Source of the DNA: Flavobacteriales bacterium
GTDB lineage: Bacteria; Bacteroidota; Bacteroidia; NS11-12g; UBA9320
NCBI GenBank assembly: GCA_020635435.1
Contig: JACJZU010000002.1
Span: 136,771 to 200,770 of the forward strand
Direction: 5' to 3'
DNA: 64,000 bases
The stretch's first letter is position 1, and every line of letters starts with the position of its first letter. The translations under genes were made by a program, and so were the position numbers. Below are positions 18,713 through 28,609 of this stretch, one piece after another. The notes under the pieces were generated by a model, which worked only from the letters and a program-made list of their open reading frames with translations, searched no databases and was not told the origin of the DNA.

Positions 18713-19717
18713 ATGAAGAACGGAAAGTATATGTATCGAATCAGCTATGTGCTTATTGCCATGGTACTTCTCGTAGTGGATGCCAGGGCGCAGGATCCGG
18801 AGTTCTCGCAGTTCTATGCAACACCGGTTTATACCAACCCGGCGATGGCCGGAACCGGACAGTGTGACGGGGGAGGACGAGCCGTTATCAATTACCGTAA
18901 CCAATGGCCCAGTTTGCCCGGAACATTTGTTACCACGGCCGTATCCTGGGATCAGCATTTCGACAGGCTGGGGGGCGGTATAGGTATTATCGCTACACGC
19001 GATGTGGCAGGTGAAGGTCTTTTGGAGACCAATACCGTTAGTGGTATTTACGCCTACCAATTGCGCCTGAACAAGAGTTTTACCATGCGTTTCGGTTTGG
19101 AGGCGCAATTCATGCAACGAGGACTCGATTTCTCCAAATTGCGCTTTGAAGATCAGATACAGGCCACCAGAGGTTTCGTATTACCAACTTCGGAGCCGGT
19201 GATCGACAATAAGATTCGCACCCCGAATTTCTCGACCGGTCTGCTGGGTTATACCGAGAATTTCTATGCCGGAGTCGCCGTTCACAACCTGATCGAGCCG
19301 AATCAATCTTTTTATGGAGATCCTGAGGCTGTTTTGCCCATGCGCTACACTGTTCATGCGGGTAGTGTGATCCCCCTGGATCGTCGTCGAAATCCCAAGA
19401 GCACCATTTCTCCGAATGCTCTTTTCATGATGCAGAATAAATTCACGCAGTTGAATCTTGGATTTTACATTAATCGCGGACCCCTTGTAACGGGGCTTTG
19501 GTACCGTCAGACATTCGGCGAATTCAAGAATTCGGATGCGCTCATGGTATTGGTGGGATTCCGTAAGGACAAATTTAAATTCGGTTACAGCTACGACCTT
19601 ACCGTGTCCGATGCACGTGCAGCTGCACCTGGATCTCACGAGATCAGCGTAGCCGTTGAATGGTGTGCACGCCGACCACAGATCCGGTACAAGCCATTGA
19701 ATTGTCCTGACTTCTAA
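18713..19717 (+). CDS. PorP/SprF-family type IX secretion system membrane protein
   Basis: Signal peptide followed by AQDPEFSQFYATPVYTNPAMAG, the hallmark N-terminus of the PorP/SprF family. The alternative start at 18731 (MYRISYV...) is equally plausible. Confidence 0.8.
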   Translation: MKNGKYMYRISYVLIAMVLLVVDARAQDPEFSQFYATPVYTNPAMAGTGQCDGGGRAVINYRNQWPSLPGTFVTTAVSWDQHFDRLGGGIGIIATRDVAGEGLLETNTVSGIYAYQLRLNKSFTMRFGLEAQFMQRGLDFSKLRFEDQIQATRGFVLPTSEPVIDNKIRTPNFSTGLLGYTENFYAGVAVHNLIEPNQSFYGDPEAVLPMRYTVHAGSVIPLDRRRNPKSTISPNALFMMQNKFTQLNLGFYINRGPLVTGLWYRQTFGEFKNSDALMVLVGFRKDKFKFGYSYDLTVSDARAAAPGSHEISVAVEWCARRPQIRYKPLNCPDF

Positions 19718-19790
19718 ATCATTACAGCACAAGTAATACAATAATTACGTAAACTTGCAGTTTACAATAGCGAACAGCGTATTATCCATT

Positions 19791-21212
19791 ATGAGGAATA
19801 GATTTCATTTAGTGTTGCTCGGAACAGCCTTTGCGCTGTTTGGAACAGCGTGCAAGAAGGAGAAATCTGCCGTTACAGGCTGGAATTACAACGATGCCAA
19901 GTGGGGTGGGTTCGAAACGTACGACTATGCAGGACAGGAAACCGGTCCGGGTCTGGTCTACGTTAAAGGTGGAGCCTTCACGATGGGTTCTTCGGAGCAC
20001 GACGTGCTTTACGATCGAAACAACTACGAGCGGAAAGCATCTGTGCATTCATTCTATATGGATGAGACGGAGATCAGCAACTTACACTATCTCGAATACC
20101 TGCACTGGTTGCGCAGGGTGTTCGTAGATTATCCGGAAGTGTATCTGACTGCTTTGCCGGATACCAATTGCTGGCGCGATAAGCTGGCTTACAACGAGCC
20201 ATACGTCGACTATTATTTCCGCCACCCGGCCTATAAGAATTATCCGGTAGTTGGTGTGAATTGGCTTCAGGCTAACGCTTATGCCGCCTGGAGAACAGAT
20301 CGCGTGAACGAGATGATCCTCATCCGTGAGGGAATTCTGAAGCCGGACATCAATCAGATGAATGAAGAGAACTTCAATACGGACGCCTACTTGCAAGGGC
20401 AATACCAGAGCTCAGCTCCGGGCAAGCACCTGATCAAGGATATCCGTGTGAAGAAAGGTACACGGAACGTTCGCATGGAGGATGGAATCTTCCTTCCGGA
20501 CTATCGTCTGCCGACAGAAGCGGAGTGGGAATATGCAGCCATTGCCAATATCGGTTCTTCTCAGTACGAGAATACGAATAACAAGAAGATCTATTCCTGG
20601 GGTGGTTTAACTGTTCGTAACCACGACGGAAAAGAGAAGAACCGCGGTTTGATCATGGAGAACTTCAAGCGCGGCAAGGGTGACCAAATGGGTATCTCGA
20701 GCCAGACCAATGATGGTGCGTTCATAACCACCGAAGTGAAGGCTTACTGGCCAAACGATCACGGATTGTACAATATGAGTGGAAACGTAAGTGAGTGGGT
20801 GATGGATGTTTATCGTCCGCTTTCGTACGACGATGAAACGGATGTGAACCCATTCCGCGGGAACGTTTACACCAAGCCGAAATTGGATGAGGACGGGGTG
20901 ATCGATCTCAAGGACAGTTTGGGACGTATTGTATATGTTCCCGTTGAGGAGCGCGATAACGTGATCCGAAGGAACTATAAGAAATCGGATAATATTGGCT
21001 TCCTCGATGAAGAGTTCTACAACGAAGGGGATCAGCAATACGAATATGGCGTTACCTCTTTGGTGAACAACAAGGCCCGTGTGTACAAAGGAGGCAGCTG
21101 GAACGACCGCGCCTACTGGATGTCGCCGGGAACACGACGATTCCTCGATGAGCAGCAATCGCTGTCCACCCTTGGTTTCCGATTGGCTATGCACCGCGTA
21201 GGGGCACCTTGA
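19791..21212 (+). CDS. gldJ: Gliding motility lipoprotein GldJ (SUMF1/FGE-fold)
   Basis: Lipoprotein signal LLGTAFALFGTAC, then TGWNYNDAKWGGFE...QETGPGLVYVKGGAFTMGS and FGE-like motifs (YRLPTEAEWEYAA, GGSWND). It is in synteny with porU/porV. Confidence 0.8.
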   Translation: MRNRFHLVLLGTAFALFGTACKKEKSAVTGWNYNDAKWGGFETYDYAGQETGPGLVYVKGGAFTMGSSEHDVLYDRNNYERKASVHSFYMDETEISNLHYLEYLHWLRRVFVDYPEVYLTALPDTNCWRDKLAYNEPYVDYYFRHPAYKNYPVVGVNWLQANAYAAWRTDRVNEMILIREGILKPDINQMNEENFNTDAYLQGQYQSSAPGKHLIKDIRVKKGTRNVRMEDGIFLPDYRLPTEAEWEYAAIANIGSSQYENTNNKKIYSWGGLTVRNHDGKEKNRGLIMENFKRGKGDQMGISSQTNDGAFITTEVKAYWPNDHGLYNMSGNVSEWVMDVYRPLSYDDETDVNPFRGNVYTKPKLDEDGVIDLKDSLGRIVYVPVEERDNVIRRNYKKSDNIGFLDEEFYNEGDQQYEYGVTSLVNNKARVYKGGSWNDRAYWMSPGTRRFLDEQQSLSTLGFRLAMHRVGAP

Positions 21213-21240
21213 TAAAACTTTTCGGATCTCACGGTCTACA

Positions 21241-21273
21241 AAAAAAGCCATTCGAAAAACGAATGGCTTTTTT
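21241..21273 (+). terminator. Intrinsic terminator after gldJ
   Basis: A 9-bp stem, AGCCATTCG-AAAAA-CGAATGGCT, followed by a T-run. Confidence 0.85.
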
Positions 21274-21369
21274 GTTGGTGTTACCCGAAATTGAGTTTCT
21301 TCTCAATATGTCAACCGACACGTCACGGCGTTCAGCCTGATCCGGGTAAGACCAATGGAATTGCCTGGA

Positions 21370-21783
21370 CTAGCAGAACTGATCGTAGGCCATTTTCAAA
21401 TGAGCCGCGATCATATCGGCAGTTCTTCCTTCAATATGGTGACGTTCGATCATATGAACCAGTTCACCGTCCTTGAACAGACCAATGGAGGGACTGGAAG
21501 GAGGGAATGGGAGCATGTGTTGACGGGCGCGCTCAGTAGCCTCGCCGTCCTGACCTGCGAAAACAGTTAGCAAATGGGCCGGTTTCTTTTCGTGATCGAG
21601 TGAACGCAAAACACCCGGCCGCGCAGAACCAGCTGCACATCCGCATACCGAATTCACAACGAGCAGGGCGGTACCTTCCATGTTGTTCATCACGTTGTCG
21701 ACCTCTTCGCTATTCTTCAATTCTCTGAAACCATGTTGAGTCAATTCCGCTCGCATGGGTTTCACTAATTCTTCTGGGTACAT
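21370..21783 (-). CDS. BrxA/BrxB (YphP/YqiW, DUF1094) family bacilliredoxin
   Basis: VVNSVCGCAAGSARPG contains the CGC redox motif, and the 137-aa size fits the family. Start is the ATG at 21783 (MYPEELVKPMR). Confidence 0.75.
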   Translation of the reverse strand: MYPEELVKPMRAELTQHGFRELKNSEEVDNVMNNMEGTALLVVNSVCGCAAGSARPGVLRSLDHEKKPAHLLTVFAGQDGEATERARQHMLPFPPSSPSIGLFKDGELVHMIERHHIEGRTADMIAAHLKMAYDQFC

Positions 21784-21871
21784 AGTTTTTTTAATTGATT
21801 GGCAAAAATAGAACTTACATGCATACAACAATTTGGAACCTTACTGGTTTTAGAGAGGAGTATAATACTTG

Positions 21872-21879
21872 TATCTTTG
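21872..21879 (+). promoter_or_regulatory. Bacteroidota-type -7 box (TATCTTTG) for ahcY
   Basis: Matches TAnnTTTG, 23 nt upstream of the ATG at 21903. Confidence 0.4.
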
Positions 21880-21902
21880 CAAAAATTTTGAAAACTGAAA
21901 GC

Positions 21903-23216
21903 ATGACGACATTGACCACCAGTACAAATTATCGCGTAAAAGACATTAATCTGGCCGATTGGGGCCGCAAGGAGATCCGATTGGCAGAAGCTGAGATGCC
22001 CGGACTCATGGCATTGAGAGAAGAGTTCGGGGAAGCACAACCTTTGAAAGGCGCTCGTATTGCGGGTTGCCTGCACATGACCATTCAAACAGCCGTTCTC
22101 ATCGAAACGCTCACTGCTTTAGGCGCAGAAGTTACCTGGTCGTCGTGTAATATATTCAGTACACAGGATCACGCTGCGGCAGCAATTGCTGCTACGGGTG
22201 TTCCGGTATTTGCGTGGAAAGGCATGACCGAGGCCGAATACGAATGGTGTATTGAGCAAACGCTTTATGCCTTTGAAGGCGGACAACCATTGAACATGAT
22301 CCTGGATGACGGTGGAGACCTCACCAACGTGGTACTTGATAAGCATCCTGAATTGATCAACAGCATCAAGGGGATCAGTGAAGAGACAACTACCGGAGTG
22401 TTGCGTCTGTACGACCGCATGAAGAACGGCACCTTACCGGTTCCGGCCTTCAATGTGAACGATTCCGTGACCAAATCCAAATTCGATAATAAATACGGTT
22501 GTCGCGAATCGGCTGTTGATGCCATTCGTCGTGCCACAGATATCATGATGGCCGGTAAAGTTGCCGTTGTTGCCGGATATGGCGATGTTGGCAAGGGTAC
22601 GGCGCAATCGCTCAGAGGAGCCGGCGCCCGTGTGATCGTTACCGAGATCGACCCGATCTGTGCGTTGCAGGCTGCTATGGATGGATTTGAGGTTAAATCA
22701 ATGAGCAGCGCAGTTCCACGTGCTGATATCGTAATTACAGCCACCGGAAACCGCGACATCATCACGGAGAAACATTTCCGTTTGATGAATGACAAGACCA
22801 TCGTTTGTAATATTGGCCACTTCGACAATGAGATCGACATGGCCTGGTTAGAGCGCAACTACGGAAATACCAAATACGAGGTGAAACCACAGGTGGATGT
22901 ATTCAACGTGGATGGAAACGAGATCATCGTTCTGGCGGAAGGTCGTTTGGTGAATTTGGGTTGTGCAACAGGGCATCCAAGTTTTGTGATGTCGAACAGC
23001 TTTACGAATCAGACATTGGCCCAGATCGAATTGTGGAACAATCACGAACATTACGACAATGCTGTTTACACGCTCCCAAAACATTTGGACGAGAAAGTAG
23101 CTCGCTTGCACTTAGCCAAGATCGGTGTGGAATTGGAAGAACTCAGTGACGAGCAGGCGCAGTACATAGGCGTTCCGAAGGAAGGACCCTACAAATCAGA
23201 CCACTACCGTTATTAA
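21903..23216 (+). CDS. ahcY: Adenosylhomocysteinase
   Basis: [30 protein letters not shown], the NAD-binding motif [10 protein letters not shown], and the C-terminus PYKSDHYRY. Confidence 0.97.
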   Translation: MTTLTTSTNYRVKDINLADWGRKEIRLAEAEMPGLMALREEFGEAQPLKGARIAGCLHMTIQTAVLIETLTALGAEVTWSSCNIFSTQDHAAAAIAATGVPVFAWKGMTEAEYEWCIEQTLYAFEGGQPLNMILDDGGDLTNVVLDKHPELINSIKGISEETTTGVLRLYDRMKNGTLPVPAFNVNDSVTKSKFDNKYGCRESAVDAIRRATDIMMAGKVAVVAGYGDVGKGTAQSLRGAGARVIVTEIDPICALQAAMDGFEVKSMSSAVPRADIVITATGNRDIITEKHFRLMNDKTIVCNIGHFDNEIDMAWLERNYGNTKYEVKPQVDVFNVDGNEIIVLAEGRLVNLGCATGHPSFVMSNSFTNQTLAQIELWNNHEHYDNAVYTLPKHLDEKVARLHLAKIGVELEELSDEQAQYIGVPKEGPYKSDHYRY

Positions 23217-23240
23217 GATCGGTTGAATCATAGAAAGAAA

Positions 23241-23271
23241 AAATCCCGTGCCATTTGGCCGGGATTTTTTT
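23241..23271. terminator. Bidirectional terminator between ahcY (+) and pyrE (-)
   Basis: AAATCCCG...CGGGATTT hairpin followed by a T9 run, with A-rich sequence upstream. Confidence 0.7.
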
Positions 23272-23913
23272 TTATTTCATCCAGTTTGCCGGATCAGACC
23301 TCCAGCTTTCAAGGGTTTGCAGATCGGATTCGGAAACCACTCCGGCTTCTATGGCCATTGGCAGAAGGTGTGCGTAATCCGATAAAGCGAAAAAAGGACA
23401 TTCCTGCTCTTTGAAGTTTGCATCGGCAAGATCGAAGCCATAGGTGAAAATGGCGGCCATACCTTGTACATTGAATCCTGTACCGCGTAAATACTCCACT
23501 ACCTTCAAACTACTTCCGCCGGTTGAGATCAGATCTTCGATCACAATTACCGGAACGGAGGGGTCAAGCCGACCTTCGAGTTGATTCTGCATCCCATGTT
23601 CCTTGGGTTTGGGACGACAATAAGCGAAAGGAAGGCCCATTTCGTCGGCCACCAATGCGCCGATCGCAATCCCGGCGGTAGCCACTCCGCAAAGTGCCAC
23701 GTCGGTCCCAAATTGCTTTCTGATCGCCTCAGCCATAGAAGTTTTCAAAAACTGACGAACTTCAGGATAGGAGAGTGAGACGCGGTTATCACAGTAGATT
23801 GGGGACTTCCAACCCGACGACCAGGTAAAAGGATGAGACGGTTGTAATTTAATTGCACCAATTTCAAGTAAATATTGGGCTATTTTAGCAGCGACACTCT
23901 TCGGTTGCGACAT
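23272..23913 (-). CDS. pyrE: Orotate phosphoribosyltransferase
   Basis: LLEIGAIKLQPSHPFTWSSGWKSPIYCDNR and the PRPP loop VIVIEDLISTGGSS. Start is the ATG at 23913 (MSQPKS). Confidence 0.95.
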   Translation of the reverse strand: MSQPKSVAAKIAQYLLEIGAIKLQPSHPFTWSSGWKSPIYCDNRVSLSYPEVRQFLKTSMAEAIRKQFGTDVALCGVATAGIAIGALVADEMGLPFAYCRPKPKEHGMQNQLEGRLDPSVPVIVIEDLISTGGSSLKVVEYLRGTGFNVQGMAAIFTYGFDLADANFKEQECPFFALSDYAHLLPMAIEAGVVSESDLQTLESWRSDPANWMK

Positions 23914-24514
23914 GGCGCAAAAGTATCGAATATTTTTCGGCGAGCACCTCTTCCTTTTGGGAGGGCATACAAATCGTGCTGACCTGGAAATCAACCGGTT
24001 GAAGCCGGATATTATTTACGGAACCCTTGAAATGCTTCGAACGCTTTCAAATCCGCTCACCATCAAATTGCATGAAGATATTCACTTCGATCAGTTCAGG
24101 GAGCTGTTCAAGTACATCGTTGCGGCCGGTGGTGCGGTATTCAACCCAAAGGACGAATTATTGCTGATCCATCGATTTGGGTACTGGGATCTTCCAAAAG
24201 GTAAACTCGAGAAGCGGGAATCGCTGCAGGAAGGGGCAATTCGCGAGGTGGAGGAGGAATGCAATGTATTTGGTTTGACCATAGAGGAAGAGCTCACACC
24301 CACCTTCCATATATTTCATAAGAAGCGATGGAGTTTGAAGAAAAGCTACTGGTACCGAATGCATTGTGAGATCTGGGAGAAGGCCAAGCCTCAGAAGGAG
24401 GAGGGGATCGACCGCATTGCCTGGAAGAAGCTGGATCAGATCAATCCGTCGGAGTTACATACCTATCCGGCTATCCGATCTTTACTTCATCAACTCGTAC
24501 TTCAGGAGGAATGA
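23912..24514 (+). CDS. NUDIX hydrolase with N-terminal extension
   Basis: Nudix box: WDLPKGKLEKRESLQEGAIREVEEECNV. Confidence 0.85.
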   Translation: MAQKYRIFFGEHLFLLGGHTNRADLEINRLKPDIIYGTLEMLRTLSNPLTIKLHEDIHFDQFRELFKYIVAAGGAVFNPKDELLLIHRFGYWDLPKGKLEKRESLQEGAIREVEEECNVFGLTIEEELTPTFHIFHKKRWSLKKSYWYRMHCEIWEKAKPQKEEGIDRIAWKKLDQINPSELHTYPAIRSLLHQLVLQEE

Positions 24515-24947
24515 AGCGTGTGTAGTTTCCCTTGTGCAGGATGATATCGCGCACAATGGTGGAACTAACCGTGCTGTGGCGCTGGTCGCTCATCACGAAA
24601 ACACTGTGTACATCGCGATTCATTTCCGAATTCACGAAAGCGATCTGACGTTCGTACTCAAAGTCGGCTATGGTTCGAAGGCCGCGGAGTAAAAAGCCGG
24701 CATTGTTTTCCAGACAGAAATCTATGGTGAGTCCTTCATAGAACGAAACCCGCACCCGATCTTCCCCACTGAATACCCCGCGGATCCATTCCATGCGCTT
24801 TTCCAAAGGGAACATACTTTTTTTCAAGGCATTCACTCCGATGGCAATGATCACTTCATCAAAAAGGAGGAGGCCTTTTTCGACGATATCCTTATGACCA
24901 TTTGTGAAAGGGTCGAATGTTCCGGGGAATACGGCAATGCGCTGCAT
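24471..24947 (-). CDS. coaD: Pantetheine-phosphate adenylyltransferase
   Basis: MQRIAVFPGTFDPFTNGHKDIVEKG and ISSTIVRD-like SSTIVRDI. Confidence 0.95.
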   Translation of the reverse strand: MQRIAVFPGTFDPFTNGHKDIVEKGLLLFDEVIIAIGVNALKKSMFPLEKRMEWIRGVFSGEDRVRVSFYEGLTIDFCLENNAGFLLRGLRTIADFEYERQIAFVNSEMNRDVHSVFVMSDQRHSTVSSTIVRDIILHKGNYTRFIPPEVRVDEVKIG

Positions 24948-24962
24948 GAAGCAAAGGTATTT

Positions 24963-25496
24963 CTATTTGCGGTAAAAGGTGAATACGCTTTGGCCGTAGG
25001 TCCGGGTATCAAATTTCGCGGGATGATCGGGCAGGGTGAGTCGTGATTCGTGTTCGAGGATGAAGACCCCGTGTTCAGCTAAACTTTGGGATCCCAATAC
25101 CAGGTCGGGAAGTCCGCTGACTGTTGGATCGGCATAAGGTGGGTCGGCGAATACCAGATCATGGGCCAGGGTATTCATCTTGAGAAAATGGACCACATCG
25201 TCGCGGATCGGTGTGATCTCCCGGATATCTTTTTGGCGGAAGAAATTCCGCAGTGAGGTGAAAATTCTTGGGTTCTTTTCGACACAGATGACAGAGGATG
25301 CGCCTCTGGATGCAAATTCCACCGACATGGCCCCTGATCCCGCATAGAGATCGAGCACACGATCCATTTGAATCCCTTCCGTATGGGTGAGAATATTGAA
25401 AAGTGCCTCCCTGGCGCGGTCGGTTGTTGGGCGTATGGCACCGTAAGGGGGGAGCGGGATGTTGAGACCTTTGTATTTGCCGCTTACGATGCGCAT
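24963..25496 (-). CDS. rsmD: 16S rRNA (guanine966-N2)-methyltransferase
   Basis: MRIVSGKYKGLNIPLP...IRPTTDRAREALFNIL, SAM-binding DLYAGSGAMSVE, and the DPPY motif (FADPPYA). Confidence 0.9.
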   Translation of the reverse strand: MRIVSGKYKGLNIPLPPYGAIRPTTDRAREALFNILTHTEGIQMDRVLDLYAGSGAMSVEFASRGASSVICVEKNPRIFTSLRNFFRQKDIREITPIRDDVVHFLKMNTLAHDLVFADPPYADPTVSGLPDLVLGSQSLAEHGVFILEHESRLTLPDHPAKFDTRTYGQSVFTFYRK

Positions 25497-26281
25497 TGCA
25501 GCACTGCTTTGAAGCCGTTATGTCGGGATACGAAGGTGTGTTGATCCAGTTCGCTGCTTATATCGAAGAGATAAGGCCGCACATTGCCGATATACGGTGC
25601 AAAGCGTTTCTGAAGATCCTCAAAGCGGAAGGCAGGATCTTCGATGGACCAATAGAGATTCGTACGCTCGATATCCAGTTCGAGTTGTTCGATGCTCAAC
25701 ATACAGAAGTAGAAGATATCTTCGATATCCTGTACATCGAACGCATTGGCGAATACGATGGTGCCACGCGATCGTATACTAAGAAGGAGCTTACCGGAAC
25801 TCAGGGAGCCGTACATATCGGTACTTACCTGGTTCACGGCTTTCCCGAACCAGCACTTGCAGAAGACCTCCAGTTCGTGTTGAAGTTCAGGATTGGGGAA
25901 ATGATCCAGGAGCACACGGAGCAGGATCGGTTTGCGGTAAACGACCTCAATGGTATTGCCGATGAATCCGGACCCCAGTTTTTCATCACTTTGGAGCGCG
26001 TAACTGAGCCGGAAGATATCGGTACGACTGTTCTCGGAAAGTTCTTCCTGTGGGATGAGCACGAAGTCGGCACCCCGGAGGAGGATTGAAACCTTGGCGA
26101 AGATCTGTCGGAAAACAGGATTGGTATCCAGAACGTTGAGCAGGAGGTCTTCGTCCATGAGGTCGAAGCTGCCGGATTTGAGTGGGCTGAACTGTTTATT
26201 ACAGACGAGGTAACTGAAATTGTCTCTGTTCAGTTCGAGAAACAAGCGATCGGTGATGGCCGGATGATACCCCAGTTCCAC
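25484..26281 (-). CDS. Conserved hypothetical protein (DUF3822-like, as commonly found upstream of rsmD in Bacteroidota)
   Basis: The call rests on position and size, plus my recollection of the family. The ORF opens at a TTG at 26332, overlapping the upstream gene. I chose the GTG at 26281, 7 nt after that gene's stop codon. Confidence 0.5.
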   Translation of the reverse strand: MELGYHPAITDRLFLELNRDNFSYLVCNKQFSPLKSGSFDLMDEDLLLNVLDTNPVFRQIFAKVSILLRGADFVLIPQEELSENSRTDIFRLSYALQSDEKLGSGFIGNTIEVVYRKPILLRVLLDHFPNPELQHELEVFCKCWFGKAVNQVSTDMYGSLSSGKLLLSIRSRGTIVFANAFDVQDIEDIFYFCMLSIEQLELDIERTNLYWSIEDPAFRFEDLQKRFAPYIGNVRPYLFDISSELDQHTFVSRHNGFKAVLQCAS

Positions 26282-26288
26282 ACGCGGA

Positions 26289-26834
26289 TCATTTCCAGTT
26301 TCCGGAGTATTTGGCCTCGATGAGCGAGCCAACTTTAAGTGGATTCGGATTATCCGGGTTGCTGCGATCGCGGCTGAACGGAGAGGGGTCCTTCACTTCG
26401 AAGACAGGAACCTTCACTTTGTTCTGCTCTATGATGTTGGCGTTGATGAGAAATTTTTCACCTTTGGCATTGTGTGGTACGAAAGGGAGGGAATCGATCG
26501 GGAACGTCTTGAAAAGGGAATCCTTCACAGCAACACGCTCCACTTCGCGGCGATACACGGTTGTAGAATCATCTTTATCTCCGTATTCGCGGACGATCTG
26601 CATGGTCCCGTGGTTTGCGAAGGACATAAGGGAATCCCAACTGGCGGCGAATTCTCCCCGCTCGTCGCGATAGATCATCTGTACTTCCCTGATCTTCTCC
26701 AATCGTTCGATCACATCGGACTCGACACGTTCCACCTCTTTCATGTAACGGATCTCACTGGCGACACTGTCGTACACCTTGTAGGCCAGGAAGGCGGTGA
26801 GCAGAAAAAGGGCAATTTTAATAGCGGTATTCAT
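26289..26834 (-). CDS. Hypothetical N-terminally membrane-anchored protein
   Basis: It has a single N-terminal TM or signal anchor (MNTAIKIALFLLTAFLAYKVY). I recognise no family. Confidence 0.55.
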   Translation of the reverse strand: MNTAIKIALFLLTAFLAYKVYDSVASEIRYMKEVERVESDVIERLEKIREVQMIYRDERGEFAASWDSLMSFANHGTMQIVREYGDKDDSTTVYRREVERVAVKDSLFKTFPIDSLPFVPHNAKGEKFLINANIIEQNKVKVPVFEVKDPSPFSRDRSNPDNPNPLKVGSLIEAKYSGNWK

Positions 26835-26931
26835 GCTGACTAAAAGCTTAGGATTTGCGCAATATTACGGATTTCAATGTTAACGAATTACAACCGTTAC
26901 ACGAACGAGGTAGTTTCATTTAGAAGAGTTC

Positions 26932-28596
26932 TCAATTCATGAATCGGTTTCCGATCCACACAAAGCGTTTGTTGACGTACTCCGGATTGGTGAAGGAGGC
27001 ATTACCGGCTGGGTTTCCGCCTGTAACATGCAGATCGCTGAAAGCTGCGTGCTGATTCACGAAAGCTGCTCCAGAGAAATTCATGGAAACCGGTGTGAAT
27101 GCCCGATTCATTTTTGAAACGATCCGTTTTTGGAAATCGGGATCGGTGCAATAGGCGGAGCAGGTGATCGCCCCTTTCACCATTGCCAGTTCGGCTGCCA
27201 GTTCCACACTGCGCTCCCGGGATGCTGTTTTCACTACGAACACGATCGGGCCAAAGAACTCATTGCCATACGCATCGCGGTTGGCTTCATCGGTTTTGAT
27301 CAGTGTTGGTGCACAGGTGCGGGCATGTTCGAATTCGGGATTCACAACCGGAAGATCGGCCAGGATGCGCTCCCCTCCGAAATCGCCACCGGACTGAATG
27401 CGTTTGATGGTTTGATCGTTCTGAATACTCCCCAAAGTGCCCGCACCCATTTTCGGATGCTCAACGATTCCCTTAACCGCCTGTGCAATAGCATCTGCAA
27501 CTTCGTCGAAACTGAGCATGCCATTATCGGTTTTGATGCCCTCGGCGGGAACAAACACGTTCTGTGGGGCCGTACACATCTGGCCGCTGTAGAGCGAAGT
27601 GGCGAAGGCAATATTCTGCGCAACGGAATGGATGTCTGCCGCTGAATCGAGTATCACACTGTTCACTCCCGACTTTTCAGTAAATGTTGTTTTGCCCAGG
27701 CTTTCAATGTATTCACCGAAGACAGAGCCGCCGGTATAATCGATCAGTTTGATGGCATTGTTAGCGGCCAGTTCTTTGGTGATCGGGTTTTTAAGGGTAT
27801 CGACTGCCAACTGCACGATATTGGCGTCGTGACCATTTTCACGAAGAACATTTCGCAGTTCGGCGATCACGATCGCAATTGGGAGAATGGCCTTGGGATG
27901 CGGTTTTACAATAACCGGATTACCTGTTATCAGGCTAGCATACATTCCCGGAACTGTGTTCCATGTTGGGAACGTAGAGCAACCTATGACCAAAGCAGTG
28001 CCTTTGGGAATGGCTGTAAAGGTTTTATGCAGATGCAGATCGAATTTCCCCATTGGCTTGACCCATTCTACGGAATCGGGGAAACGTTTGAGTTCGGAAT
28101 AACCCATGGCTATGGCCTCCAATGCACGGTCGTTGGCATGCGGACCACTGGCCTGAAATGCCATGAGGAAACTCTGACCGGTAGTGTGCATCGTTGCGTA
28201 GGCGATCTCGAAATAGCGTGCTTCCACCCGTTTCAGAGATTCGATCAGAATTGCGGCCCGTTCGTCGGCTGAAACGGATCCCCAAGCCGAAGCAGCTTCT
28301 GCGCGGGCGATCAGTTCATCGGTGTTAGGAGCAGGGTAGCTGATCCCGAGGCCGGTCTGCCAATAAGGGGAGACTTCTTCTCCGATCCAGTCGGACGCTT
28401 CGACTTGTAACTCATTGAAACGCTCGCTGAGCATTTTCCCGAAAGCTGCCTGTGCTGTATCGGCGGCTTCGGCCGGATATGCCTTGGGATGTTCGGGAAA
28501 TGGGGTCCAGAATGCTCGTGTGGAAAGGGCTTCCACAGCCTGGTTCAGTAATTCACGATGCTTACTCATTAGATCCATTTTATCGGTACTGCTCAT
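26932..28596 (-). CDS. Aldehyde dehydrogenase family protein, PaaN-like
   Basis: ALDH catalytic Cys region YSGQMCTAPQNVFV and Glu region FTEKSGVNSVIL. The ~550-aa size and N-terminus resemble PaaN-type enzymes. A TAAATTTG box at 28602-28609 abuts this ATG, so the ATG at 28578 (MDLMSKH) is an alternative start. Confidence 0.6.
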   Translation of the reverse strand: MSSTDKMDLMSKHRELLNQAVEALSTRAFWTPFPEHPKAYPAEAADTAQAAFGKMLSERFNELQVEASDWIGEEVSPYWQTGLGISYPAPNTDELIARAEAASAWGSVSADERAAILIESLKRVEARYFEIAYATMHTTGQSFLMAFQASGPHANDRALEAIAMGYSELKRFPDSVEWVKPMGKFDLHLHKTFTAIPKGTALVIGCSTFPTWNTVPGMYASLITGNPVIVKPHPKAILPIAIVIAELRNVLRENGHDANIVQLAVDTLKNPITKELAANNAIKLIDYTGGSVFGEYIESLGKTTFTEKSGVNSVILDSAADIHSVAQNIAFATSLYSGQMCTAPQNVFVPAEGIKTDNGMLSFDEVADAIAQAVKGIVEHPKMGAGTLGSIQNDQTIKRIQSGGDFGGERILADLPVVNPEFEHARTCAPTLIKTDEANRDAYGNEFFGPIVFVVKTASRERSVELAAELAMVKGAITCSAYCTDPDFQKRIVSKMNRAFTPVSMNFSGAAFVNQHAAFSDLHVTGGNPAGNASFTNPEYVNKRFVWIGNRFMN

Positions 28597-28601
28597 GGGA
28601 G

Positions 28602-28609
28602 CAAATTTA
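28602..28609 (-). promoter_or_regulatory. Candidate -7 box (TAAATTTG) for the ALDH gene
   Basis: Matches TAnnTTTG on the minus strand. Confidence 0.3.

Noticed and set aside
21784-21902. SAH riboswitch in front of ahcY
   Set aside because: A TATCTTTG -7 box lies only 23 nt upstream of the ATG. That leaves a leader too short for a riboswitch, and no conserved pseudoknot-like pairing is evident.
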